A stretch of 64,000 nucleotides of DNA, taken from assembly GCF_030144855.1 (NCBI RefSeq), contig NC_082718.1, positions 52,762,001 to 52,826,000 of the forward strand. The letters are read 5' to 3'. Shown here piece after piece: positions 1 to 12,524 of this stretch. The notes below the pieces were generated by a model. It was not told the origin of the DNA, did no database searches, and saw nothing but the letters and a program-made list of their open reading frames with translations. The position numbers and the translations under genes are program-made. How positions within the stretch are numbered: the first letter of the stretch is position 1; each line of letters opens with the position of its first letter. Source of the DNA: Hypanus sabinus (Eukaryota).

Positions 1-737
1 AAAATAGCCTCGTTCCTGGTTGGCTCAAGCACAAGCTGTTCCAAAAATACATCCCTTAGACACTCCACAAACTCCCTATCCTGGGATCCAGCACCTACCT
101 GATTCTCCCAGTCCACCTGCATGTTGAAATCTCCCATAACGACTGCATTACCTTTAGCACATGCCAATGTTAACTCCCTAATCAACTTGCACCCAATATC
201 CATGCTACTGTTTGGGGGCCTGTACACAACACCCATTAGGGTCTTTTTACCCTTACTGTTCCTCAGCTCAATCCACACAGACTCTACTTCCCCTGTTCCC
301 AAGTCACCTCTTGCTAAGGACTGAATCTCATTCCTCACCAACAGGGCCACCCCACCCCCTCTTCCCATATTTCTGTCTCTACGATAGCACGTATACCCTG
401 GTACACTCAATTCCCAGGCCTGATCCCCTTGCAGCCATGTCTCCGTTATCCCAACAATATCATAGTTCCCCATTTTCATCTGAGCTTCAAGCTCATCTGT
501 CTTATTTCTGACACTACGTGCATTCAAGTATAGAATTCTTAGCCCATTCCTCCTCTCTTTGCTTAAAACACTGTCTACTGTACCTAACCCAGCTCCTTGA
601 ACTTCCATCGGGCAAATTGCACCCTGAATTTTGATGACCTTCTCAAGATCACCCGAACCTTGTACACATTTAACCCCATGCACCTTCTGACCAACCCTCT
701 GGATCTGGATCCCTGCCCCCTGCACATCTAGTTTAAA
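1..737 (-). CDS. CR1 ORF2p N-terminus (APE endonuclease), partial, in the -1 frame relative to ORF1
   Basis: Manual translation from 737 is open to the window edge: ILYLNARS, VGITETWL, RGGGVAL, GVVYRPP, MGDFN. First ATG is at 608. Confidence 0.9.
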
Positions 738-1663
738 CCCCCCCAAGCAGCACTGGCAAACACTCCTGCAAGAATACTAGTACCCCTCCGGTTCAGATGT
801 AGACCGTCCCTTCGAAACAGATCCCAATGTCCCTGGAACAAAGACCAATTATCCAAAAACCTGAACCCTTCCTTCCTGCACCATGTTCTCAGCCTCGTAT
901 TAATGTGCATAATCATTCTATTCTTTGCCTCACTCGCACGTGGCACAGGTAGCAATCCCAAGATTGTCACCCTGGAGGTCCTGCCTTTCAGCTTCACTCC
1001 TAACTCCCTGAACTCTCTAAGCAGGACCCCCTCACTCACCTTACCTACATCATTGGTCCCTACATGGACCACTACATCTGGGTTCATGCCCTCGTTCTCA
1101 AGAATAGCCTGCACCCGATCTGAGATGTCCCGGACCCTGGCACCAGGGAGGCAACATACCATCCGAGACTCCCGATCTGCCCCACAAAATCTCCTATCTG
1201 CCCCCCTAACTATAGAGTCCCCTAAAACTATCGCTCTCATCTCTTCCCTCCTCCCCTTTCTAGTTGAGGGTTCAACCTCTGTGCCAGAGGCAGGACCACT
1301 ACAACTCATTCCTGGTAGGTCATCCCCATCAACAGTATCCAGTACGGTATACTTATTGTTAATGGGAATGGCCGCAGGGGTGCTCTGCTCTCTCTGCCTG
1401 CTCCCCCTGCCTCTCTGGACCGTCACCCATCTGCCTACTTCTTGGTTTTTTGGTGTGACTACCTCCTGATAACTCCTATCTATCTCTGCCTCCACCTCCT
1501 GAATGATCCGTAGTTCATCCAGCTCCAACTCCCTAACTCGGGCTGATAGGAGCTGCAGCTGGACGCACCTTTTGCAGGTGAGGTCATCAGGGACAACTGT
1601 GTTGACCCTGACCTCCCACATACTGCATACGGAGCACACCACTGCTCTGACTGTCTCCCCCAT
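728..1663 (-). CDS. CR1 ORF1p: N-terminal CxxC..CxxC zinc finger, coiled coil, SGNH/GDSL esterase
   Basis: 311 aa open frame with CSVC...CKRC, LQLLSARVRELEL, and SGNH blocks IVLGDSIVR, PGAR, VHVGTND, DGLHLN. Confidence 0.93.
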   Translation of the reverse strand: MGETVRAVVCSVCSMWEVRVNTVVPDDLTCKRCVQLQLLSARVRELELDELRIIQEVEAEIDRSYQEVVTPKNQEVGRWVTVQRGRGSRQREQSTPAAIPINNKYTVLDTVDGDDLPGMSCSGPASGTEVEPSTRKGRREEMRAIVLGDSIVRGADRRFCGADRESRMVCCLPGARVRDISDRVQAILENEGMNPDVVVHVGTNDVGKVSEGVLLREFRELGVKLKGRTSRVTILGLLPVPRASEAKNRMIMHINTRLRTWCRKEGFRFLDNWSLFQGHWDLFRRDGLHLNRRGTSILAGVFASAAWGGLN

Positions 1664-2059
1664 ACCTGAACTGGATTGATAGAATAAGTCTAAAAAGCAC
1701 CGGGCGACCTTACCTTCTTCCCCTCAGCGAGCAATCACACAAGCTTACCGAAGTCCCCTTACGCCAAAGCCCACTTAGCCAAAGTCCAGGACTCTGCTTC
1801 CACGGACTCCGCTTTTATATAATTTGCTATTTTCAATTACATTTATCTATATAATGCTTACCTTTACTTATTGTTTTTAATTTTGTCTCTTATTTTTATG
1901 ACAATATTGACTTATTTATACAATCTACTGAATGTAAAGCACTTTGAGTCTGCATCTTAATGTATGAAAAATCCTATAAAAATAAAGTAATATTTATTAT
2001 TTTTGTATTTTCTCAGCTCAAGCTGGTGAAATCTGATGTATGGGCATAGCTAGGCACAC

Positions 2060-3745
2060 TCATTTCTCAATTGCAAGAAACTTTCGGACTATTCTAGTGG
2101 TGTTTCATGTTGTGGCTTTCTGAAGGGTTACATAGATATTACTGTGCAGACCTAATTTTTTAATGTTATTATGTAGTGACTTTGGGATAACACTAGTTGT
2201 AGATATTACTGTCAGGACAATGTATATCTTTGGTTTCCAAAGTCTTTCAATTTCCTCTTTTAAGTCAACACATTTTCGGTGTTTTTTACTTATTGATTTC
2301 TGTAAGCTATGTGTGTCTGCAATGGCTATAGCCATTAAATAAGTTGTTCTTGCTTGTATGTTCTGTATTATTATATCTGAGTGGTTATTATGGATTGTTG
2401 CATATGTAATAACTGATCAGACGTAATATAACTTGAGGTATTCTCTCTCTAAAACAGCATCAACCTTGTATTTACAGTAAGGCATGTTTTCTTTTATGGG
2501 TGTGTGTTTTCAAGCAAGATTTTGGTGAATGACGTTTGCCACTTGATTGTGCCTGTGGAAGTAATCAGATTAAGTTAAACTGCTACAGGATCCTGTAATG
2601 TGATGGTTTTTCTCCCTTTTCTTGGCATTTTCTATATTTATCACCGTGAATATGTTGGTCTTTTATTAAGTATTTTTGATATTCTTGTGTTAACTGCCTG
2701 GTTCTACATTGCCACAAAGAACCTTTCTGTTTCTGGGAAGAGGTCTCCCACTCAGAGCCAGCCATTCAATGCTTCCTTGTTGACATCTAGTCTGCTCAGA
2801 TCATGGGGACATCTTCCATGGAGGGTCATGCTGTTCCACTGGATAACTTCTTTTTCAATGGTGATAATGTCTTCATTTTCTGGGCTGTGTTTTTGTTTAA
2901 ATTTAGTGGTGTATACTTTTTATCAGAATTACATATGCTTGCAGAGTGCTGATTCATTCCTCTTTCACCCTTCTGTCCCAGGTAGTACTAACCTAAAAAC
3001 ACTTTCAAATATATGTAATGTCTTCTGAAATTTGTCATTATAGTTCTTAATATTTTTGTAAATTTTCCATATAAGTTTCAGACCAAAATATTATGCCCAA
3101 AGAATACATTAATATAGGTAGTGTAAGTGTTTATTGTCTTTACCATATTTTTACTATTGAGTTCTGTTTGGCAGTGTTTCTTAAGCCTTGAAATAAATTC
3201 TGTCAAAAGCTTTTCTTTCATCACACTATGATTTATTTTCTTTTCTTGTTGATATCCCAGATACTTATATGTTTCCTATTGATCCATCGGTTGTATTGTA
3301 TCCATCTGCTTGGTTTTGTATTCTACCATCTCTATTATACCTTTCTTTATGTTTAATGTTCTGCATTTATCCAGTCCAAAGCTCATGCTTATATCTTCTG
3401 AAAATAGTTCTACTATTTGAATTAATTGCTTTAGCTTAACTGATGAAGGAGCATATCATTTCAAATCATCCAGGTATAAAATGTGTGTTTTTTGTGTCAT
3501 TGTGTCTGATTTGATACCCAATTTTTGTCCGATTCAGTAAATTAGAGAGCAGGTTTAAAGCTAGACAGAACCATAGTGGACTTAGAGAGTCACCTTGGAA
3601 AATGTGTCAGGTTCTTTTTTTGGTTGTTATTAGATAGAGTGATTGCAGTACACCATCACTTCATTAGATGTTGCAAGAATTTCACAAGTATTGGGAGCAG
3701 TTTAAATATAAAGAACTTCTGTTACCCATGAGTGTGGGACATCTT
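2060..3745 (-). mobile_element. Decayed RLE-type non-LTR retrotransposon, R4/Dong-like (RT, CCHC, restriction-like endonuclease)
   Basis: Minus-strand remnants FQGDSLSPLWFCLAL (~3555-3600), LYLDDLK (~3460-3480), HRHNQVANVIHQNLA (~2513-2557), and DLKEEIERLWK...LQKA (ORF 2105-2335). Many stops. Confidence 0.8.
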
Positions 3746-4874
3746 CATCATTATTATTAATGTTGCAGAGTCATGAGACAATCATCACAGAAATATAAGC
3801 ATTGATTCACCATAACCATGACCATTAAATAGTCATCTAAACTAATACCATTTTCCAGCACATGCACTGTAGCCTAATGTGCCATGCTGATTGATGTGCT
3901 TCCTAAATGTTGTGAGTAACTTGTCCACCACCTTCACGGCAGGGCTTTACAGATTTCAATCACCTGCGGTGAAAAAATTCTTCTTCAAGTTCTTGATGGT
4001 AGAATTACTATGTTAATTAGCAGTGCAGTTACATTAACATATGTGCCTCTCTATCAATTTAATCTAAGTTATTCACTCATTCTTGTCCTGTTTAAGATAT
4101 CCATTAGCACAGCTACGCTGCTGTCATTACAAGTGTCACACTGGGCATACATCGAAAGTTACACAGTGCAGAGTGGGTTAATACTATGATTAAAAAGTAA
4201 AGTGAAAATTGCCCATCTGCCAATAACATTACCATTGTCTCTTTTCCTAGAGCAAATTTCAGGAAGATTTTAGCAATAATATATTATGATCCATGTATTG
4301 ACACATCACGGATAATCCTGAGTACTTGAGTGTGTAAGTACTTCAGACCATGGCATGTTACATTGTATTTTAACAGGAAGATATCTGCCATCCTCTGAGT
4401 GATCCTTTCTCTCTAAGATAAATCTCATAAAGACATAAATGCTTGGTTCAGCACTCCATTCAATTTAAATTAAGCCCAAACCATTAAAGTCCAACTGATT
4501 GTAAACCAACATGTGTTTTGGAGTGACCGGGGACTTGGTGAAGATGAATTTGCTTTCAAAGCTATCCAAATGTCTGTAATCTCATTCTGCCAGGGAGGAT
4601 AGCATGTTTTATTTTGCTGCTGTAGATGTAATCGGATATTGTTTCAAAGGTTTTGCCGTTCCCCTCTACTGTGAGGTCACAGGGCGTTTATAAGAGAAAG
4701 CAATAATAGCAAAATCATGATTAAGGTAACTCTTTTTTGCCTTCCAGAAAGGTTTTGGCTGTCAAGAGAATAAATCTCCATTTGAATTAATGATGTGTAT
4801 TGTGAGGAAGTTGTACTCTCCTGATCACTTGCTCTTCTCCATGCTGTGGAAAATCAGGCAGAAGACGGAGAGTG

Positions 4875-5130
4875 GCACAACACAGCACTGAGGAGTCAAG
4901 CAGCTGCACACCTCCAACATCCCCAGGTTCAATCCTGACCTTGGATGGTTTGTGTGTTAACTTTGCACATTCAGATATTCTGGATTCCTTCTAATTCCCA
5001 GAGACCTGCATGTTGCTAGGTTGGAAACTACAGTAGGCTGTTGCATGTGAAGGTGTGTGGTAGATTTTGGAAAGTCTGAGGGTCTGTTGGGCTGAGGGTG
5101 TACTTGAAGAGAATGCAAGTAGAATAAAAG
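4875..5130 (+). mobile_element. tRNA-derived SINE remnant (V-SINE/HE1-like)
   Basis: B-box-like GGTTCAATCC at ~4926, followed by a degenerate V-domain (tttgcacattc...cccagagacctgc). Confidence 0.55.
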
Positions 5131-5825
5131 TTCAGGTTTATTATCATAGACATACATGCACAGGGTATAAATGCACTGAAAATGAGCTTTTTGCAGCAGC
5201 AGTACAGAACGTTACAAACATGACATCATAAATTAACATAAACTTAAATTAACCTAAATTATTCATAACTTACATGACAAAATGAAAATAAACATGCAGG
5301 AGGAAGAGAAAACAGATAAATATTCCGAAGTAAACTGTCAGATCAGTTGAAGAAGTTTATTGCAGTGGGGAAAAGGCTGTAGTTCAACATTAAGGTGGAG
5401 GTTATCAGTTTCCTTTACCTCCTACCTGATGGTAACAATGGGAGGATGGCTTGACCCAAATCGTGGGCATCCTTAATGATGGATGTCAGTTCTTGATGAT
5501 GTCTTTGATGGTGGTGGGGGGGGGGGGAGCTATACCTATGATGGATCTGCCTGAGCCCAGCACTCCCTGTAGCCTTCTGCGTTTCTCTGTAGCTTCTTGT
5601 GTCTCTCTGTGTTGGAGTTTCCATTCCAGGCAGTGATGCAACCAGTCAGAACACTCTCCCCTGTACATCTATGGAAGTTCGTCAGGTTCTTCAATGACAT
5701 GCCAAATCTCCTTAAATTCTAGCACTGACATTGCACAATCGTCTTCATGGTTGCATCTTTGTGCCGGGCCCAGAATAGATCCTTCATGATACACACACCC
5801 AGGAACTTAAAACTGCTCGCTCTTG
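5130..5825 (-). mobile_element. Rex1/Babar LINE 3' fragment
   Basis: IIKDAHDLGQAILPLLPSGRR (Rex1 C-terminal motif) and an AATAAACCTGAA-type 3' end at ~5130. Confidence 0.8.
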
Positions 5826-7264
5826 GATTAGGGTACGTGTAGGAGCCATGCATCTGTTGTATTCTGTGTTGAGCATTGATTATGGTAGCAAGTCACGTGG
5901 GTGGAGGCATGGTAAAAGTGAAGGGAATAAGTTGCATATTTGAGCTTATTCTGTTCAGTTTTTAGAGCTGTGGACCACCAGATGTCATATCTTCTGTTGA
6001 GGGCTTAACTTTGCTTAATTATTGATAATATCACTAGTTTTAGTTTTCGAAGTTTCATTGCTTCAAGATTGTATGTTTTGCTAGTTGCTATTAAAGGATC
6101 AAAAACATTTCTTTGACTTTTTGGAACATTATTATTGGATTGATCAGAGGGCACATCATACAAACAAGTTAACTCCCCGTGTGGTTGCCAGCAGCGGCAT
6201 TGGTTTGTTCAAGTTGCCGCTGTAGGTAGGGTCAGTGTAAACAATGGATGACTGATAGTTGACACTGACTCACTGGGATGAAAGGCCTATGTTGTCTCGC
6301 TCTATGATTCATCTTTTACCAAAGTGCTGCCACTTTCAGGAAGTATATGAAGCTTGTTTCTGAGAAGGATGGATTGGTGAATGAAAAATGTCACATTCTC
6401 CCTTGAGGAGCAAAGAAAGCAGGATCACGCCAGTAGCAGAAGTTCAACCACAACACACGTAGAGAAATCAAGCTCAGGTGGCTTTGAAATATTTGAAATT
6501 TGCCTTAGGTTTATAAGCTGCTAAGCCCAACAGAGAGGTAATGCTAACTACTCAATGAGCCTTATGCTTAAATATCCAAAGCAATGAATCCTGCTGTCAC
6601 ATAATGCTAGTAATGCATCGAGCACCAGCTGTCAATTGTATTATTATGTGAAAGTATTTTCAATATACTCTAAACAAAAACTGCTGTAAGGCTGAAATGG
6701 TCTCTGCAGTTTTCAAGTTTGCTTTTACTTTTGCTTGTTTATTTGTGGAGACATTCAGCAGACCAGGCAGCATTCGTGGAGATAAAAGCTGTGTCAACAA
6801 TCTTTCATCAGAACTAAAGCATTAGCAATGTTTGTCACTCCATGGGTGCTGTCTAGTCTCCTCATTGTCCATCCCTCAGGAAGATGACAGCGAGATGCCT
6901 TCTTAAACCTCAGTAGTCTGTGTGCAGAAAGTACAACTCCATTATTGATAATAGGGCATTTTCAGGATTAGAAAGACAACAAATAGTGGTCTTCCAAAGT
7001 GCCTGCAATTCTTGCATGACTATACGGTTGAAGTCATTAGTTTGATTTGGTGCAGTAAAATGGCGGGAGTGAAATCTTTGTGTAGTTGATGAAGTGTCAG
7101 ACAAATAGCTTGCATTGCTGTGGATGATACTGAGCTTGTGGAAGGTGTTTTCACTGCACTCTTCCAGGTAAGGGAAAGTATTCCATCATATTCCTGACAT
7201 TCTCATTGATGCTGGAAAGGGTTTGGGAAATCAGGAAAGGAGGAAGCATTCCAAGCATGGTATA

Positions 7265-7430
7265 TGCTGTGGTAGTTATTAGTGTTATTCCTATGTCATT
7301 CAGCTCGCCGCTCCCACATAGGAGGAGTTCACGTACTGTGCAAGCAGTGTTATCAATAATCTTCAGTTGAGTGTCCTGCATGCTGTTGTCCTGGTGTGCT
7401 CTGCACTTTCCCTCAATATCAAACACAACA
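7265..7430 (+). repeat. 5' LTR of the Mag-type Gypsy
   Basis: TG...CA ends; similar to 10879-11031. Confidence 0.85.
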
Positions 7431-7448
7431 TGATGCCAGAAGTGGTTG
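7431..7448 (+). promoter_or_regulatory. Degenerate primer-binding site (tRNA-Leu type)
   Basis: TGATGCCAGAAGTGG compared with TGGTGTCAGAAGTGG, the complement of the tRNA-Leu 3' end; lies directly after the LTR. Confidence 0.7.
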
Positions 7449-10400
7449 ATTGTCAATGAATTTGGACTACAGACCAAAGCAGATACCCAACAACAAACAA
7501 CTTACAGTAAGAATTGCTTTTGTTCTCTTGTATCAATGAAAAATATCTAAACTGCTTATGCTTTTGTATGCACTTATGAGCTGAGACCTAGCCTGGGTTG
7601 CAAAGCAATGTCTTCAGGCTGCACCCAAATGTGGATACATTGTAATAACCTGTCGACCACTAGCCTGGGGAAGTGCACAGACACAGACACAGTGGAGAAG
7701 TCAGTCAAACTCTCAGGGAGAGAAGAGACACTTCTGTAGTCCAAACAAATAAAATAATAAATAAACAAACAAATGGGAAAATGGAGCGAATACCTACAGT
7801 ACTTACAACTACTTGCCTAATAAAGCTCCCAGAGACATTTGATTTCTCGAAATCAGATGACTTTGAGAGATGGCTCAGATGCTTTGATACATTTTAGGGT
7901 TGCAAACAAACTCACTCAGGCTTCAGGGGCCTGGGGATATTGAAAGAATACCTTAACCAACTGAGGTCAGGAGTGACAGCCTACTCTCTGACCACAGCAA
8001 GGCAAATTCTAGTCCCATTGATGAACAGTCAAAGCTGAACTTCAGAGAATGGAGGCACTTGATTTCATAACTAGAGTGAATGGACCTACTGTCGGGTGTG
8101 CGGGCATTGTTCCAGTTCCCAAGCCAGATGGCACAGAGAGGATCTGTGTTGATCTAGCAAATTTGAATAATGCAGTGAGGCAGAAGTTTATTCTGCCCTC
8201 TGTTGAGCACATATTGGGTATGCTAGGTGAAGCATAGTTCTTCACCAAATTAGATCCAAGCGCATGGTTCTGGCAGATTTGTTTTGCTTCTGAGTCACAG
8301 AAGCTGACAACCATTATGGACGCTATGCCATCAAGGACTCCTTTCTGGCATCTCATCAGCCCCTGAACTCTTTCAGATGAGAATGAAGCAAATTTTGGAT
8401 GGATGGGATGGAGTATTCTGCCACATGGATGATATATTCATCTCCGGAGGCTCAACGTGAGGAACATGACAAAAGAGTGGAAGCTGCTTTGGAGAAAATG
8501 AAACAGACTGGAATCACCCTAAACAAAAAGAAATGTGAATTTCCAAAACTGGGGTGAAGTTCTCAGGCTACCAGCAGGAATGTACGTCGTCTTCAGAAGG
8601 AGTGCAACCAGATTCAGTCAAACTGGCAGGAGTTTGCAACATGGAACAACCTATGAACATATCAGAGATCTGCAGTTTCCTTGGCATGGTAAACCAGCTG
8701 GGAAAGTTAATTTCAGATTCGATGGAGAACGCAAAACCACTATGGGACCTCCTCTCTCAGAGAAATGTTTGGGCCTGAGATGCACCACTCTCATCACTTA
8801 AGGCAGAGCTTATCCCTCCGCCAACATTGGCATTCCTTGATCTGAACAAGCAACCAAGGTGTCAGCAGATGCCTCTTCCTTTGTCCCATGAGGGTGCTTG
8901 TGCAAACCGCAGTGGTGTACGGAAACTGGTGGCATATGCATGAAGAGCACTGATTCCTAGTGAACAGCATTATGCAAAAATGGAAAAAGAGATGCTGGCT
9001 CTCATACAGGCTTGTGAACAGTTCAGCTTCTACTTGATAGGCCACAAAATTCCTTCTTGAAACACACCACAAGCTACTTGTCAGCCTCTTCAGCTCAAAC
9101 ACTTGGATGACTGACCTCCACATCTGCAAAGATTCAGAATGATGCTTATGTGATACTGTTATGACATTGAATATGCTCCCGGCAAATCTTTCACAACACC
9201 AGACACACTGTCAAGGATGCCATGCAAAAGTGAGTGAGTGGAAGCTCAAGGAAGGTAACAACAGCTACTAAGCTCAGGTTTGTGAAAGCTTTCTTGCATC
9301 ACAGAGTAAACTTGGCACCAAGTTGTAAAAGAACCAAATCTGCAGCAGGGTCATGGAATACAGTGAAAATGGATGGCCAGCTCACAAGCTCAGATCCTAC
9401 TGGATATAAGAAACACACACATCATTCTTGATGGTTTGACGCTAAAGGCTCATCATTCCTGCTCCTATGCATGCTAAAATCATCAGTCATCCAAGACCTC
9501 GAGAAACATTGCCTAAGAGCAAGGCAATCCGTGTGGTGGCCTGGTCTGAGCACACAGCTGGGGGATTATGTAGAGCGATGAAAAACATGCAGAAAAGGGC
9601 ACAAAAGTCATACTGAACCTCTCTGTCCCACAGAATTCCCTGATATTCCATGGCAAATTGCAGGCACAGACATTTTCAAGCTGAAAGGAGACAAATATCT
9701 TCTCACCGTTGGTAACTACTCATGGAATGTTGAGTTTCCAAGCTGTCCTCTACATCCTTGGCAGCAGCTATATTCGCTCACTATGGAATACCAGAGACAC
9801 TTGTGTCCAGCAGCAGTCCGCAATTCCGCTGCTCAGAATTCAAAGCATTTGCTGAGGTCTATGAATTCAAACACAAGGCAAGCAGTCCACAGCATCCACA
9901 GGCAAATAGAGAAGTGGAAAGAACAGCACAAACTGTTAAGTGTCTTCTACTGAAGGCAAAAGACCCCTACAAAGTATTGCCAGCTTATCGCTCCATACCA
10001 CTTGTAAATGGCTACAGTCAATCAGAGCTATCAATGGGCTGGAGACTGAGAACAAGCCTGCCCCATTCTTCCTTCCCTTCTCCAACTTCACCTACTGGAC
10101 TTAGACAAAATGAGAAATTTTGGGACAACAGAGCCTGAGAAAATGAAGAGCATGCATGATCTCAGACACAGAGTGAAATCTTTGTCGCTGGTCAGGAGTG
10201 GTGAAGCTGTTTGGGTTTCAAACCAATTCACCAGAGGAATGAATCTGACAGCATGCACCATGAACTTTTGTGATCAGAGCATCACAAGGTGAAATCAGTC
10301 AGAACAGATATGCAATCATGCGCCTTCAAAGTCCACAAAAGGTAGACAAAAAAAATGGCTTGATCCTTATGACAAGGACCACTTGCCTGAGGTGGATGCA

Positions 10401-10878
10401 CCTGTTCAAGAAACTCCATCTGCTCCAACACTTCCAGGAACTTATACCAATACAGGTATTTTAACTGTTCCACTACAGAGTTAAACTCCATAGCAGAATA
10501 GCTTAGGGCAAGTTACTAAAGAGGCAGAATAGTCTTCTCACTTTGCCAGTGTTCAGGTAGTCTACCTTGCCCTCCATTAGATTTAGTTTTTTTTAATGTT
10601 TTAATGTTGAAAACATTTCACAAAATGAGACTGTTCTTAAAATAAAGAAATAGGTGGAAAACAGAGAGTCTGAGTGAGAGACAGACAGACAGACAGACCA
10701 TTAAAACAAAGAGAAAGACAGTTATAATGTTGGCAATTCTTTTTTTATGTTTATGTAAGGAGCATAAGTTACATGCTATGGGTAAAGTGAACTGTATCGC
10801 TCAATTTCAGTGACAATAATTTCAATGCAGTTCTACAGACAAATAATGCATTCCTGTTTTTTTTTCAAGAAGGGGAGA

Positions 10879-11031
10879 TATTGTGGTTATTAATAGTGCT
10901 ATGCCTACGTCACTCAGTTAGGCACTCACACATATTGTCCAGGCAGTGTTATCAATAAACTTCAGTTGAATATCCTGCATGCTGGATTCCTGGTGTGTGC
11001 TCTGCACTCTCTCTCGATATCAAACACAACA
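10879..11031 (+). repeat. 3' LTR of the Mag-type Gypsy
   Basis: Follows the PPT, contains AATAAA, ends ACAACA and is followed by TSD GTATA. Confidence 0.85.
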
Positions 11032-11182
11032 GTATATATCTGATCCAAATAAGTTTCTAGTCATGCAGAATACCAATCAGCTTGCCTGCTGTTATATAGA
11101 CATTGTTTATGTGTTAATGTTGACCCCAAGGATGCTGATGGTGAGGAAATTAAAGTCATAGAAAAATGGTTTGAGTCTCTCC

Positions 11183-12348
11183 ATGCAGTTTTAGATCACC
11201 TGGAAAATGCAAACACCTAAATCCGCATGCTGTTTATTGAATATAACTCAGCACTTGACACCATCATTCCTACAGCCCTAATCAAAAAGCTAGAGAACCT
11301 GGGCCTCTGTACCTCCCTCTGCAACTGGATCTTCAACTTCCTAACTGGAAGACCAAACTCTTTGAGGATTGGAAGTAACATCTTTACCCTGCTGACAATC
11401 AACACTGGCACACCACAGTGACGTGTGCTTAGCCCACTGCTCTACTCTCTCTACACCCGTGACTGTGTGGCTAGGCATAGCTCAAATGCCATATATAAAC
11501 TTGCTGATGATACAACAAATTGTTGGCAGAATCTCAGATTGAGATGAATGGGTGTACAGAAATGAGATATACCAGCTTTTTGAGTGGTGTCACAGCAACA
11601 AACTTGCACTCAAGGTGAGTAAGATGGAAGAACTGATTGTGGACTTCAGGAAGGGTAAAACGAAAGAACATGAGCCAATCCTCAAAGAGGGATCAGAAGT
11701 GGAGAGAGAGAGCAATTTTAAGTCCCTACTGTCAAGATCTCTGAAGATCTAGCCTGGTCCCAATATATCGATGCAGCTATAAAGAAGACAAGTCAGTGGC
11801 TATATTTCATTAGGAGTTTGAAGAGATTTAGTTTGTCACCTAAAATACTCAAACTTCTACAGATGTACTGTGGAGAGTATTCTGACAGGCTGCCTCACTG
11901 TCTGGTATGGGGTGGCCACTGCACAGGACTGAAAGAAGCTACAGAAAGTTGCAAAATTAGTCAGCTCCATCTTGGATACTAGCCTCCATAGTATCCAAGA
12001 AGTCATCAAAGAGTGGTGTCTCAGAAAGGCAGCATCCCTTATTGAGGACCCCCATCAACCAGAACATGTCCTCTTCTCATTGTTACCATCAAGAAGGAGG
12101 TGCAAAAGCCTGGAGGCACAAACTCAGTGATTCAGGAACAGCTTCTTTCCCTCTGCCATCCAATTCCTAAATGGATATTGAACCCATAAACAGTACCTCC
12201 CTTTTTATATTATATCTGTTTTACACTATTTTAATCTACTTAATATACACACATATACTTATTCTTCTTCTTTCTGTATTACCATGTATTGTATTGTACT
12301 GCTGCTGTAAAGTTAACAAATTTCACAACACATGCCAGTAATAAACCT
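11183..12348 (+). mobile_element. Rex1 LINE, 5'-truncated and decayed
   Basis: [47 protein letters not shown]-terminal domain, and a 3'UTR ending AATAAACCT. Confidence 0.9.
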
Positions 12349-12524
12349 ATAGTTTTCTTTCTATTCTTGACTTTGAAGCAGATTCCAGACCTAAATCAGG
12401 ATGAGCCCAGGTCACATGTAGATCAAACCAGATAAAACTGCAGATGCTGAAAACCTGAAATCAAATCAGAATATCATAAGCACCAGAAATGAAAGTGTTA
12501 ATATATGAGCTGTGTTTGATCAGT

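Larger units (their letters stand above)
1..1815 (-). mobile_element. CR1 LINE, 5' portion (5'UTR, ORF1, start of ORF2); continues beyond the left edge
   Basis: Intact zinc-finger/esterase ORF1 followed by an APE endonuclease frame. Positions 1-865 are a near-identical reverse complement of about 62200-63065. Confidence 0.95.
7265..11031 (+). mobile_element. Decayed Gypsy LTR retrotransposon (Mag/K02A2.6-like) with an internal deletion
   Basis: Related LTRs 7265-7430 and 10879-11031; 5-bp TSD GTATA (7260-7264 / 11032-11036); PBS; PPT AAGAAGGGGAGA. Protein remnants: gag PETFDFS..FERWL, RT (VPKPDG..RICVD, CHMDDIF), integrase (VWWPGL, HPQANREVER). Confidence 0.9.

Noticed and set aside
903-1469. 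188-aa plus-strand ORF, plus ORFs 121-324 and 212-511 mirrored at 62535-62946
   Set aside because: Antisense to CR1 ORF1/ORF2; they recur only because the CR1 copies are near-identical.
4235-4340. Good acceptor and donor pair suggesting an exon
   Set aside because: Stops in all three frames; no other support.
5515-5528. Long G/C homopolymers here and at ~12630, ~33594 and ~43161 as functional G-quadruplexes
   Set aside because: They lie inside decayed repeats and are best explained by slippage expansion.
6330-6525. Short ORFs after a TTTCAG acceptor-like site
   Set aside because: No recognisable homology and no convincing donor.
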